Shown here: positions 37,791 through 47,640 of the stretch, in pieces
Position numbering within the stretch: the stretch's first letter is position 1
Layout: each line of letters opens with the position of its first letter
NCBI GenBank assembly: GCA_964555225.1
Contig: CAZKSK010000001.1
Span: 1-47,642, forward strand
Origin: an uncultured Bacteroides sp.
GTDB lineage: Bacteria; Bacteroidota; Bacteroidia; Bacteroidales; Bacteroidaceae
DNA length: 47,642 nt
Reading direction: 5' to 3'
Program-made: the position numbers and the translations under genes
The notes under the pieces: generated by a model
Seen by the model: only the letters and a program-made list of their open reading frames with translations
The model's database searches: none
What the model was told of the DNA's origin: nothing

Positions 37791-40775
37791 ATGAAGGATT
37801 TAAAAATCTTACTCAAAAAAGCGGCGCTCACTCTTTTAATGAGTATGCTATGTATTGTCGCTTTTTCACAAGGTCGTTCCGTCTCCGGTATAGTGAAGGA
37901 TACTTCGGGCGAACCTATTATTGGAGCAAATGTCTCTGTTAAAAGTACCACAAATGGTACTATTACTGATTTAGATGGAAAATTCAAGCTTAATGAGGTT
38001 AATTCTCGTGCTGTAATTGTCGTGTCTTTTATCGGTTATATCACACAAGAGATTACTATTGGGCAACAACATTCAATTGTTGTTGTATTAAAGGAAGATA
38101 CCAAAACACTGGAAGAAGTGGTCGTGGTAGGTTATGGAACGATGAAAAAATCTGATTTGACAGGTTCTGTTTCATCTCTCAACAGCGAGCATTTTCAAAT
38201 AGGGTCGAGCCTGACAGCAGAACAAGTTATGAAAGGAGCTTTTTCAGGAGTCAATATTAGTCAGAATTCCGGTAAACCGGGTGGGACAAATACGATTCGT
38301 GTACGTGGAGGTACGTCAATCTCTGCATCAAATGAACCTCTATATGTTATTGATGGAGTTCCGATTTCTACTTCGGCCGGTGTTAGTTCTACCAAATTAA
38401 ATAGTAATATTGATTATTTTGATGAAGAAGCTGTAGATCCTTTGTCTAGTCTTAACCCGGATGATATCGAATCTATTAATATTTTGAAAGATGCTTCTGC
38501 AACAGCAATATACGGTTCTCGTGGAGCAAATGGTGTTATTATGATAACGACAAAACGTGGTAAAGCAGGTAAGACTCAGGTTGATTACACTTTTAATGCA
38601 GGAGTTTCAAATGCTACAAAGCAATTGGATGTATTAACGGGTGACGAATATCGGGCTATTGTAAATAAATTGAATTTGTCTTTGGACGATAAGGGAGATA
38701 ATGCCAATTGGCAGGATCGTATTGAAAGAACGGCTTTATCTTCGAGTCATTTTTTGTCATTTACAGGAGGAAGTGAAAAAAGTAATTATCGTGCATCTCT
38801 TGGTTATAGTGATCAACAAGGAGTTATTAAGGCGTCTGATGTGACGAATTTCAACGGTCGTATTAATATTACTCATACAGAATTTGATGGTAAATTAAAA
38901 TTTGATCTTAATATGAACTATGGTGAACAGGCTACCAAACAGTCCCCTATTTCCAATACCGTGGGAAGCGAGATGGGTAGCTGTATTCTTTATGAGGCTT
39001 ATGTATTCAATCCTACTTATCCTATTCGTGATGAAAATGGAGATTATTATAATGTTCCCGCTTATCGTGTAAATCCGGTTTCCTATACTGACGAATTACT
39101 TGACAAGAGACGGAGTAAAAAATTTCTTGGAAATTTAAGTGCCTATTATAATTTTATGAAAGGATTTACTTTTCAGGTAAATGCCGGTTATAATGTTAAT
39201 TCAATTAGTCGTAATTCTTATATTTCAAAAGATAATCTTTTGGGTAATGGTTATAATGGTTATGTAAGTATGCAGAAGTTGGATGATTATTCCAAATTAT
39301 TGGAGACCATATTAAAATATAATCAAAAATTTGGTAAACATGGTATTGATGCCATGGCCGGTTATTCGTATCAGTATTTCTATGATGAAGGGAATCATGA
39401 GAGTGCATACGGATTCCTTTCAGATGTTTTTAAATGGTACAGCATTCAAGCTGCTACAACAATAGAAACACCATCCAGTTATGCTGAATGTAATAAGTTA
39501 ATTTCTATGTATGGCCGTGTAAATTATAATTACGATGATAGATATTTGTTTACGGCAACGTTGCGTCGTGATGGTTCAAGTCGATTCGGAGAAGATCATA
39601 AATGGGGCCTATTCCCATCCGCAGCTTTTTCGTGGCGTATTTCTCAAGAGAAATTTTATCATAGCAAGTTAGTCTCCGATTTGAAATTTCGTGCCAGTTA
39701 TGGTATTACCGGAAGCCAGGAAATAGGTAATTATAACTCATTAAGTACATTAAGCGCGAGTAGTTCAGGATATATTGTAGGAGGTAATAAGATTACAATC
39801 GTATTACCGTCACAATATTCAAATCCCGATTTAAAATGGGAAGAAACAGCTCAAACGGATTTGGGTCTTGATTTTGGATTATTTAATGGTCGTGTTCAGG
39901 GTAGTTTTGATTGGTATTATAAAAAAACATCCGATCTTCTGCTTTCTATTGATGTTCCTTCACCTTCTTTGATTACAAAACAAATAGCTAATGTTGGTTC
40001 TGTTCGCAATACAGGTGTTGAGTTGTCTTTAAATACAGAATTAATTCGTGCAAAGGATTTTGGGTGGAGTGCTAACATTAATGTCAGCCATAATTCTAAT
40101 AAGGTTTTAAGTTTGCAAAATGATAAATGGGTTGGAAAAGATATGCAAACAGCACCCTGTCAAGGTCAAGGCTTGTCCGGACAATATGCTCAGTTGATTA
40201 CTCCCGGACAGCCTTTGGGAACGTTCTACGGTAAAAAATTTATCGGTTATGATGAAAACGGTCTTGAACAATACGCTAATGATGGTACAGATCAGGTTAT
40301 TGGGAATGCTCAGCCGGATTTAACTTATGGATTTGGTACAAACATTCGTTACAAACGTTGGACAATGTCGATGAATTTCCATGGAACGATTGGAAATGAT
40401 ATTTATAACTGCACTCGCAATAATCTGGCTTATTTAAGTAATCTGCCTGGTCGCAATGTGTTGAAAGAGGCTGTTACAAGTGGTGTGAGTCGTACTCAGG
40501 CGAAAATGTTTTCTTCACAATTCATTGAAGACGGTTCATTTCTGCGTTTGGACAATTTGACAATAGGATATGAATTTAATGTAAAAAAGACGTTCTTATC
40601 ACGTGCACGAGCATTTGTTACTGCTCAGAATTTATTTTGTTTAACAGGTTATAAAGGTCTTGATCCTGAGGTCAACTCCGAAATTTCGAGTACGGGTGTA
40701 GCACCTTTGGGTATCGATTATTTAAGTTATCCTAAGGCAAGAACCTTTAGTTTTGGTGTTAATTTATCATTCTAA
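37791..40775 (+). CDS. SusC/RagA TonB-dependent transporter
   Basis: GEPIIGANV, LEEVVVVGYG, PLYVIDG, LKDASATAIYGSRGANGVIMITTK, RRDGSSRFG, NPDLKWE and a terminal Phe. Confidence 0.97.
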   Translation: MKDLKILLKKAALTLLMSMLCIVAFSQGRSVSGIVKDTSGEPIIGANVSVKSTTNGTITDLDGKFKLNEVNSRAVIVVSFIGYITQEITIGQQHSIVVVLKEDTKTLEEVVVVGYGTMKKSDLTGSVSSLNSEHFQIGSSLTAEQVMKGAFSGVNISQNSGKPGGTNTIRVRGGTSISASNEPLYVIDGVPISTSAGVSSTKLNSNIDYFDEEAVDPLSSLNPDDIESINILKDASATAIYGSRGANGVIMITTKRGKAGKTQVDYTFNAGVSNATKQLDVLTGDEYRAIVNKLNLSLDDKGDNANWQDRIERTALSSSHFLSFTGGSEKSNYRASLGYSDQQGVIKASDVTNFNGRINITHTEFDGKLKFDLNMNYGEQATKQSPISNTVGSEMGSCILYEAYVFNPTYPIRDENGDYYNVPAYRVNPVSYTDELLDKRRSKKFLGNLSAYYNFMKGFTFQVNAGYNVNSISRNSYISKDNLLGNGYNGYVSMQKLDDYSKLLETILKYNQKFGKHGIDAMAGYSYQYFYDEGNHESAYGFLSDVFKWYSIQAATTIETPSSYAECNKLISMYGRVNYNYDDRYLFTATLRRDGSSRFGEDHKWGLFPSAAFSWRISQEKFYHSKLVSDLKFRASYGITGSQEIGNYNSLSTLSASSSGYIVGGNKITIVLPSQYSNPDLKWEETAQTDLGLDFGLFNGRVQGSFDWYYKKTSDLLLSIDVPSPSLITKQIANVGSVRNTGVELSLNTELIRAKDFGWSANINVSHNSNKVLSLQNDKWVGKDMQTAPCQGQGLSGQYAQLITPGQPLGTFYGKKFIGYDENGLEQYANDGTDQVIGNAQPDLTYGFGTNIRYKRWTMSMNFHGTIGNDIYNCTRNNLAYLSNLPGRNVLKEAVTSGVSRTQAKMFSSQFIEDGSFLRLDNLTIGYEFNVKKTFLSRARAFVTAQNLFCLTGYKGLDPEVNSEISSTGVAPLGIDYLSYPKARTFSFGVNLSF

Positions 40776-40789
40776 TAAATTGAAGAAAA

Positions 40790-42331
40790 ATGAAAACAAA
40801 TAAAACATTAATAGTATTATTGCTTTGCGTAGGCTTGGGCTTTTTTTCGTCTTGCACAAATCTTGATGAAGTGACATATGGAAGACTTTCTCCTTCGACG
40901 TACTATCAGAATGAATCGGAAGCCCTTTCTTCTGTAGTGGGAGTATATAGCAAAATGTCGAATTTCTATGCTGCAGGCGGTGAAGGTTGGCGTACCAGCG
41001 AGTACGGAACGGATGAATTATTTTGTCCCGGTAGAGCTAGCGGAGGTTGGTATGATGAAGGTGTAGATCAAATTATGACTCATAATTGTACGGCTAACAA
41101 TGCTCGATTAAATAGTGCATGGCAAACTGTTTTTCAAGAAATTGGTGCTGCAAATGCTGTTTTGGAAAGTTTGGAATCGTCTCCGAAAGCTGCCGATTTT
41201 AAGGCTATGATAGCAGAGGTTCGTGCTTTAAGAGCTTTTGGTTATTATCGTGCCATGGACTGGTTCGGTAATGTTCCGATTTTTACGGATGCAAGAGTTG
41301 AAGCAAGTAATTTACCTACAACGAATACTCGGAAGGAAGTATATGATTTTGTTGTTAATGAATTTACAGAAGCCGCAGCTGATCTTCCGTCAGTAACGAC
41401 TGTCGACCGCACTTCTTATTATCCGCGTTTTACTAAAGAAGCTATTTATACTGCTTTAGCCGAGATATATCTGAATTCCGAAGTCTATGTAGGTGAAGAC
41501 CATTATAATGACTGTTTGACTATGTGCAACAATGTTATCAATACAGATGCGTATTCTCTGCAGCCAAGTGTCGGTGATTGTTTTTTATCTACCAATGAAA
41601 ATAATTCGGAAGTGATTTCTGCTTTTTCTATTGATCCGGCGAAAGGTGTAGGCGGCAACCAATTTATTTTGTATGCACAACCTAATCTTGATCAAGAAAA
41701 ATATGGTCTTCCTTTCGGTCCGGCAAATGGTTATTGTTTTGATGATACGGCTTTGAAACGTTATGAAGCGGGAGATGCACGTCTAGGATTGTTGGAGTAT
41801 GGTCCTCAATATTATTTAGATGGAGTAACTCCTCTTTGCGATAGTAAAGGTGTTCAATTGAATTTAACAACATTAGTCGATGCAACACGTATGGCTGCAC
41901 AGGATAATGAAGGTTATCGTGTTTTGAAATATTCCCCGGTCGGAGCAACATTTTCCGGTTATAACGGCGATAATGATTATGTAATGGATCGTTATGCTAA
42001 TGTGCTGTTGATGAAAGCTGAAGCTTTGTTCCGCCTGAATCAACAGACAAATGTTGCTTTGGATCTTGTTAATCAGATTCGTACAAGAAGTAAATGTACT
42101 CCTTGGACTGATTTGAGCCTTAAGAAAATAGAGGAAGAACGTGCACGTGAGTTTATTTGGGAGGGGAAGCGTAGATATGATATGATGCGTTTTGGAACTT
42201 ATTTTACTGATACATGGTTTTTTAAACAAAAAGCTGAAAATGCGACATCAGATGCCTGGAGAGGTATTTATCCGATACCGGCAATCCAAATGACTAATAA
42301 TCCAAATTTAACTCAGAATCCAGGTTATTAA
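40790..42331 (+). CDS. SusD/RagB surface lipoprotein
   Basis: Lipobox FSSC-TNLDE, AEVRALRAF.Y, FGNVP, RYANVLLMKAEA, ERAREF.WEG.R.YD..R and LTQNPGY. Confidence 0.95.
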   Translation: MKTNKTLIVLLLCVGLGFFSSCTNLDEVTYGRLSPSTYYQNESEALSSVVGVYSKMSNFYAAGGEGWRTSEYGTDELFCPGRASGGWYDEGVDQIMTHNCTANNARLNSAWQTVFQEIGAANAVLESLESSPKAADFKAMIAEVRALRAFGYYRAMDWFGNVPIFTDARVEASNLPTTNTRKEVYDFVVNEFTEAAADLPSVTTVDRTSYYPRFTKEAIYTALAEIYLNSEVYVGEDHYNDCLTMCNNVINTDAYSLQPSVGDCFLSTNENNSEVISAFSIDPAKGVGGNQFILYAQPNLDQEKYGLPFGPANGYCFDDTALKRYEAGDARLGLLEYGPQYYLDGVTPLCDSKGVQLNLTTLVDATRMAAQDNEGYRVLKYSPVGATFSGYNGDNDYVMDRYANVLLMKAEALFRLNQQTNVALDLVNQIRTRSKCTPWTDLSLKKIEEERAREFIWEGKRRYDMMRFGTYFTDTWFFKQKAENATSDAWRGIYPIPAIQMTNNPNLTQNPGY

Positions 42332-42334
42332 ATG

Positions 42335-42369
42335 TTTAAGTAGGAGAGATTTTTTCTCTCCTACTTAAA
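42335..42369 (+). terminator. Strong hairpin between susD and the pectinesterase gene
   Basis: Perfect 15-bp arms TTTAAGTAGGAGAGA and TCTCTCCTACTTAAA with a 5-nt loop and only a weak U tail. Confidence 0.75.
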
Positions 42370-42391
42370 TTCTACTAATAAAGAATTTGAA

Positions 42392-43915
42392 ATGAAGCGT
42401 TTATTAATTATATTATCCTGTTTTTTTATTTCATTTTTTGCAATGGGAAAAAATTATAACAAAGATCTTATTCTTGTTAAATCTTATCCTGCCGATGCAG
42501 AAAAATACCAGACTTGTCAAGGTAATATTTCTTTAATTTTTAATAAGGAAATACAATTTGGAAATATTTATTCGGTTCTGCTGGATGGAATTTTTGTCAA
42601 TAGTTCGATAGATAGGAAAACCTTGATAATTCCCTATAATTCACTAATACAAGGTACCGATCATATTCTTACTGTGAAAAAAGATGCTCTTGTCGGGAAA
42701 GACAATTCTTCGGTTGAAAAAAATATCAATATTCATTTTCGCACAATCCAACAACCGGAAGTAAAAAGAAAACAAATACCCGATTTTATTGTTGATAATA
42801 CTGACGGCAAAACTTTTACGGATGCAATAGAAGCTGCAAATAATACTACTAAAGAAGGACGTTTTATCATATTTGTTAAGAAAAGGGTGGAAGGTTATGA
42901 TATCGGTTTTAAAGATTATGGTGAAGCATTTAAATCACATTCTTATAAACCTCAATATGGTGCGGTAATTCGTAAGGATAAGGTCTCAATCATCGGAGAA
43001 GATAATGGGAACACTTCTATCTATCATCGTTCCATTAGAGAAGGTATAAATTCTACGGCAGTACTTGTTTTGGATTCAACCGCCAATAATTTTTATATGC
43101 AGGATATAGCGGTAAAAAATACGATGCCTTTTGTCGGGGATCCGACACGTGCCGTAACCATTCAAGAGAAAAGTTCACATAATATTTATAAGAATGTCCG
43201 TATGATAAGTGGTCAAGATACCTATTATACTCAAAATACGAAAACTTATCTGGAAGATTGTGAGATTCATGGCACAATTGATTTTATATGTGGTTCGGGA
43301 GATGTATTTTTTAAGAACACTCTTTTATATGAAGGTCCATGGCCGGGTAATATGCTTACTGCCCATAATGGAAGAAACTGTAAATATGGATATATTTTCG
43401 ATCATTGTACCGTAGCCGGAGAACAGGGCTTTTATTATGGTAGACCTTGGTATAACTACTGTAAGACCGTTTTTTTACATACTATGCTGAATGCTACTCC
43501 TTATCTTCAAGGATGGAATGACCCTATTCATCCGGCTCCCGATGCATCATTGGAAGAATATGACAATCGTAATTCGGAAAATACTTTTTATAGTACTCGT
43601 GGCAAGGCATTGTCCGCCTCCGAAGCCGCTGTCTATACCATAGAAAACGTTTTAGGTTATGATGACAATTGGCGCCCTGCACAGTATACATTACAGTCGC
43701 TCCCGCCTTCCGATATTCATTTGTTTGGAAATAACCTGCAATGGCAGGATAATAATAAAGTACTTTATTGGGCCATTGTTAAAGATGGAGATGTTATAGA
43801 TTTTACAACTCAAAATACTTACTCCTTAACTTCTCCGGGGAAATATTCTGTGAGAGCTGCCAATTTAATGGGAGGATTAGGAGGTGTATCCATAGAAATT
43901 TCTTTTAGGCAATAG
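42392..43915 (+). CDS. CE8 pectin methylesterase with an N-terminal Ig-like domain
   Basis: Signal peptide; SYPADA...ISLIFNKEI...HFRT (Ig-like); CE8 motifs F..AI.AA, RAVTI, QDTYY, GTIDFICG and YGRPW. Confidence 0.85.
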   Translation: MKRLLIILSCFFISFFAMGKNYNKDLILVKSYPADAEKYQTCQGNISLIFNKEIQFGNIYSVLLDGIFVNSSIDRKTLIIPYNSLIQGTDHILTVKKDALVGKDNSSVEKNINIHFRTIQQPEVKRKQIPDFIVDNTDGKTFTDAIEAANNTTKEGRFIIFVKKRVEGYDIGFKDYGEAFKSHSYKPQYGAVIRKDKVSIIGEDNGNTSIYHRSIREGINSTAVLVLDSTANNFYMQDIAVKNTMPFVGDPTRAVTIQEKSSHNIYKNVRMISGQDTYYTQNTKTYLEDCEIHGTIDFICGSGDVFFKNTLLYEGPWPGNMLTAHNGRNCKYGYIFDHCTVAGEQGFYYGRPWYNYCKTVFLHTMLNATPYLQGWNDPIHPAPDASLEEYDNRNSENTFYSTRGKALSASEAAVYTIENVLGYDDNWRPAQYTLQSLPPSDIHLFGNNLQWQDNNKVLYWAIVKDGDVIDFTTQNTYSLTSPGKYSVRAANLMGGLGGVSIEISFRQ

Positions 43916-43943
43916 GTGTATTGTTGATTAATTATGAACGAGG

Positions 43944-43997
43944 AAAAAGAGGTTGCTTAATAAATATAAGAATATATTTTGAGTCGACCTCTTTTTT
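43944..43997 (+). terminator. Imperfect long hairpin with T tract after the pectinesterase gene
   Basis: AAAAAGAGGTTG...CGACCTCTTTTTT. Confidence 0.6.
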
Positions 43998-44027
43998 ATT
44001 GTGTCTTATGTTGAAATAATTTACACG

Positions 44028-44116
44028 AAAAAACATGCCCAGCCGCCAAAAAAACATAACCAGCCGAGGTGAAAGGCATAGGCATGTTTTGAAAAAGATA
44101 TAAGCATGTTTTTTTT
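44028..44116. repeat. Nested direct/inverted short repeat element
   Basis: AAAAAACATGCCCAGCCG and AAAAAACATAACCAGCCG (21-bp period), then GCATGTTTT twice (44082 and 44104), which is the reverse complement of AAAACATGC. Confidence 0.6.
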
Positions 44117-44292
44117 ATTTTTCTTTTAAGTAACTGTCACCATATATCTTTGGTAATTAATGGATTATGGAGATTGTATTTCTCTAACGTAGATAAATGG
44201 CTCCTGTCACTGTAAGATGTTGGTAATGAGATTTTTGTGGTGACAGGTATGTAAGGAAACTTTTTTTTAAGTTTTCGGGAGAGATTTGTTAC

Positions 44293-44329
44293 AAAAAACA
44301 GGAGGGAAAAATAAATTTCTTCCCTCCTG
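44293..44329 (-). terminator. Rho-independent terminator of the minus-strand susCD
   Basis: CAGGAGGGAA/TTCCCTCCTG stem, followed on the minus strand by T6. Confidence 0.85.
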
Positions 44330-44369
44330 CAAATTAAACCTAAAAATTACACTAACCAAAAAAAACAAA

Positions 44370-46316
44370 TCAGTATCCTGGGTTCTGATATGCATCTTTT
44401 TCCTCGTCTGTCATTTCCATTCCATCAAGTTGTCCTTGTGGAATAGGTCTCAAATAAAGATAGTCAGCTATTGTACGGGTATATGTTTTAGGTGTATGAT
44501 CCCCATAGGAAGAACCGCAGATTTCGTATTTCTCAGCACGTTCTTTCCATGTTTGAGTTCGAACAAGATCGAACCACCGAAAACCTTCACCGTAATATTC
44601 ACGAGAACGTTCGTCTAGAATATAATCGATGGTAATGGTAGCAGGTGTAGCGGCAGTCATTTCTGCACTATAATCTGCAACTTTAGCTTTATTTCCATTA
44701 TTGTCCCATGTCCATATGCCTGCGCGGGCACGAAGAACATTTACTAATTCTCTTGCCGATTTTCCGGATTTTACAGTAGCTCCTTTTACAGCAGCTTCTG
44801 CAGCAATCAGATAAAGTTCAGAAAATTTAGCAATACTGAAGGGACGAGTACTTCCTGCATTGGGTTGCCCAAGACCTGTTCCATTGTCTGTTCTATAAGG
44901 GCCCAATTTCCATATGCCGGGGTAAACGATTCTGCTTATTCCGCTTGGAGAGATTACATAGTCTGCTCTACCCGGCAGTGTTCCGGCACCGATATTGCTA
45001 TCTCCTGTACCGGTAGGGTATGTAATAGCGGTAGACGGTTCTTCATCAAGGAATGTAAGAGCTGCATCTCCCGGATATATTTTCAAGCCGTTGGCATTGA
45101 ATGCATATTCATCGGTAACTCCTCCTTTAGGCCAATTTGTGTGATATGCAGTAGTAAAAGTTCCATCGTAGCGTGAATCATAGGTCTTATCTTTAAAAAT
45201 ATCTCTTATTACATTGATTGTTGGACACATGCGGGTCCATGGACGTCCTAAAGCTTGTACAGCTTCACGTTTTACGACTTCCATATTAGCGCCGGCTATC
45301 GATTTGGAACGGATGTTAGTATAATTCCAAGTCATCATCCAACTTGCAAAATTATCGGGAGATCCGCCTGAACCATAAGTTAGACTGGCGCCATTATAGA
45401 ATTCACTGTCTTCCGTATGGTCAGCATACAATAGAATTTCATTATTGCGGTCATTGGTCGCGACATTCACTTGATAGTATGATGCTTGTAAACCGAATGG
45501 ACCCGGATTTTCAATAGCTGTGACAGCCACGTCATAAGCTTGTTGGAAATACCATTTTGCATCATGACCATCCGGATCTGTACGCGTACATTCCGGATAA
45601 GTCGGTATGTTATTAGGATTTTCCAACCACCAGCCATAAGTCAGATAAGCTTTTGCAAGGAAAAGACGGGCTAGGGTTTTTGTTGCAGCTCCGGTTACAC
45701 GTCCTTCTTCAGGTAAATCATTTACAGCAGTTAAAAGATCCGGGAAAATAGCTTTCGTGTAAACATCGGGAACCGTATTACGAACAGAAACTCTGGATGG
45801 AGATGTATTAAATTTCAATTCTCCGGCTCCTAAATCCAATGGAACTCCTCCGAATGTCTGTACTAATTGGAAATAATCGAAAGCACGGAAGAAACGGGCT
45901 TCAGCAATCAAATCATCTGAAATGCCTGCATCAGCAGCGTTTTCTATAATACCACTTGCCGTATTGATATTGGAAAATGCTGTGCCCCATAGTACATCAG
46001 AACGGCTACTGGATGATGTTAAACTTCCTACTCCGGATAAATCCGCATCTTTAAAATTATTATCGGCCGATTGAGCGTATGTAGCTTCGTCGGTTCCTGT
46101 TTCACAAATGTTATAATAGTAAGCTTGACCATAAAGATAACGTAAATGTGCATACATGGATGTCAGGCCGCCGTAAACGCCTTCTTGCGTTTTGAAGAAA
46201 CTAGGCTCATAGAAGCTGCGGGGTTGTTCATCCAGAACATCAGAACAAGCTGCTGTCATAAACAAGGCGATTGCAACAATTCCAACTTTTCCTATTTTAT
46301 ATAATATATGTTTCAT
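44370..46316 (-). CDS. SusD/RagB surface lipoprotein (long type)
   Basis: Lipobox TAAC-SDVLDE, AEARFFRAFDYF.LVQTFGGVP, FSELYLIAAEA, ILDERSREYYGEG.RWFDL.R and QNPGY. Confidence 0.95.
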   Translation of the reverse strand: MKHILYKIGKVGIVAIALFMTAACSDVLDEQPRSFYEPSFFKTQEGVYGGLTSMYAHLRYLYGQAYYYNICETGTDEATYAQSADNNFKDADLSGVGSLTSSSSRSDVLWGTAFSNINTASGIIENAADAGISDDLIAEARFFRAFDYFQLVQTFGGVPLDLGAGELKFNTSPSRVSVRNTVPDVYTKAIFPDLLTAVNDLPEEGRVTGAATKTLARLFLAKAYLTYGWWLENPNNIPTYPECTRTDPDGHDAKWYFQQAYDVAVTAIENPGPFGLQASYYQVNVATNDRNNEILLYADHTEDSEFYNGASLTYGSGGSPDNFASWMMTWNYTNIRSKSIAGANMEVVKREAVQALGRPWTRMCPTINVIRDIFKDKTYDSRYDGTFTTAYHTNWPKGGVTDEYAFNANGLKIYPGDAALTFLDEEPSTAITYPTGTGDSNIGAGTLPGRADYVISPSGISRIVYPGIWKLGPYRTDNGTGLGQPNAGSTRPFSIAKFSELYLIAAEAAVKGATVKSGKSARELVNVLRARAGIWTWDNNGNKAKVADYSAEMTAATPATITIDYILDERSREYYGEGFRWFDLVRTQTWKERAEKYEICGSSYGDHTPKTYTRTIADYLYLRPIPQGQLDGMEMTDEEKDAYQNPGY

Positions 46317-46326
46317 AGTTGTAGAA

Positions 46327-47640
46327 TTAGAAAGTCAAATTAATACCAAACAAATAATTACGAGTAGCAGGAGCATTGGTTCCTATAATAGGAAGATTGT
46401 GTGAACCTGTTTTCATGCTGACAGCTACATTTTCATCACTGTAAGAGTTCGTTTCAGGATCCAAACCGCATTCGTTCTTATATGGAGAGAAGAATACAAA
46501 TGGATTCTGTACAGTTACATAAGCACGTAGATGATTCACACCCATGGCTTTTATCCAATTCATTTTATCGAAATTATAACCTAAAGTAATGGTGCGGATT
46601 TTTACGTATGAAGCATCAAAATATCCTAATGTGCTTCCGTATTTAGGGTTATCGCCACTTTGTATACCACCTGGTTTTGGATATTTTGCATTTGTATTTT
46701 CCGGAGTCCAGTAATCAACATCTACTTGACCTCTACGACCGGTCAGCATATTGAGATATCCACTGGATGAATGAAGCGAGCTGATGAGTTTTCCTCCACA
46801 TTTGAATGCTCCGATAATGCTTAGATCAAAGCCTTTATAACCTACGTGAGTATTAAAACCTCCCTGGAATTTGGGCTCCATACTGATAATCTGGCGATCG
46901 TCAGGACCGATCTGTCGTGTCGGAGTTCCGTCAGCATTGTAATCACCTGTATATTTCACTTTAATCATACCGACGTTTCCACCCGGTTCAAGAATATCCA
47001 GATAGGGATCACCTTCCTGCCATAAACCGGTTTTTTTATAATCATAGATGACATCAATCGGATGATCGACAAACCAGCCATTACTTTCATCACGCTTCTG
47101 ACCAGAAGCCAGTGAAGTTAATTTATTGCGGTTGGCATATATGTTGATTCCTGCGTCCCATGTCCAGCCATTGTAGTTGTCAAGAATGATTCCGTTCAAT
47201 GTTAATTCAATACCTTTGTTTTGAGTCTTACCTATATTGGCCATATAACTGCTAACACCCGAAGTTGCAGGCAAATTTACACTCAACAATAAATCATTGG
47301 TTTTTTGTACGTAATATTCAAGAGTTCCGGAAAGACGGCCTTTAAGTAATGTAAAATCCAAACCGAAATTCCATGTTGAAGAATATTCCCATCCTAAACT
47401 TTCGTTAGGAAGATTGGATACATAATATCCGGTAGAATATGTTGTCCCGAAGTTATATGGACGCGTAGAAAGAAGTCCTAATGTAGAATAAGGGCTAACA
47501 GATTGATTTGAAGTCTGTCCATAACCAACGCGAAGTTTCAATACATCAATGAAATCTATATCTTTCATGAAATTTTCGCGCTTGATATTCCATCCTGCTG
47601 ATACTGCCGGGCAATGGCATCCAGTTGCTCTGCAGGAAAA
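46327..47640 (-). CDS. SusC/RagA TonB-dependent transporter, 5'-truncated at the window edge
   Basis: The frame is open upstream of the track's ATG (PAVSAGWNIKRENFMK); LKLRVGYG, LGWEYS, ANIGKTQNKG, DYWTPEN and terminal GINLTF. Confidence 0.93.
   Translation of the reverse strand, partial: FSCRATGCHCPAVSAGWNIKRENFMKDIDFIDVLKLRVGYGQTSNQSVSPYSTLGLLSTRPYNFGTTYSTGYYVSNLPNESLGWEYSSTWNFGLDFTLLKGRLSGTLEYYVQKTNDLLLSVNLPATSGVSSYMANIGKTQNKGIELTLNGIILDNYNGWTWDAGINIYANRNKLTSLASGQKRDESNGWFVDHPIDVIYDYKKTGLWQEGDPYLDILEPGGNVGMIKVKYTGDYNADGTPTRQIGPDDRQIISMEPKFQGGFNTHVGYKGFDLSIIGAFKCGGKLISSLHSSSGYLNMLTGRRGQVDVDYWTPENTNAKYPKPGGIQSGDNPKYGSTLGYFDASYVKIRTITLGYNFDKMNWIKAMGVNHLRAYVTVQNPFVFFSPYKNECGLDPETNSYSDENVAVSMKTGSHNLPIIGTNAPATRNYLFGINLTF

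Noticed and set aside
44028-44250. Degenerate CRISPR array
   Set aside because: Each unit has only two imperfect copies, and no cas genes are present.
44286-44618. 110-aa plus-strand ORF
   Set aside because: It runs through a terminator and antisense into susD.
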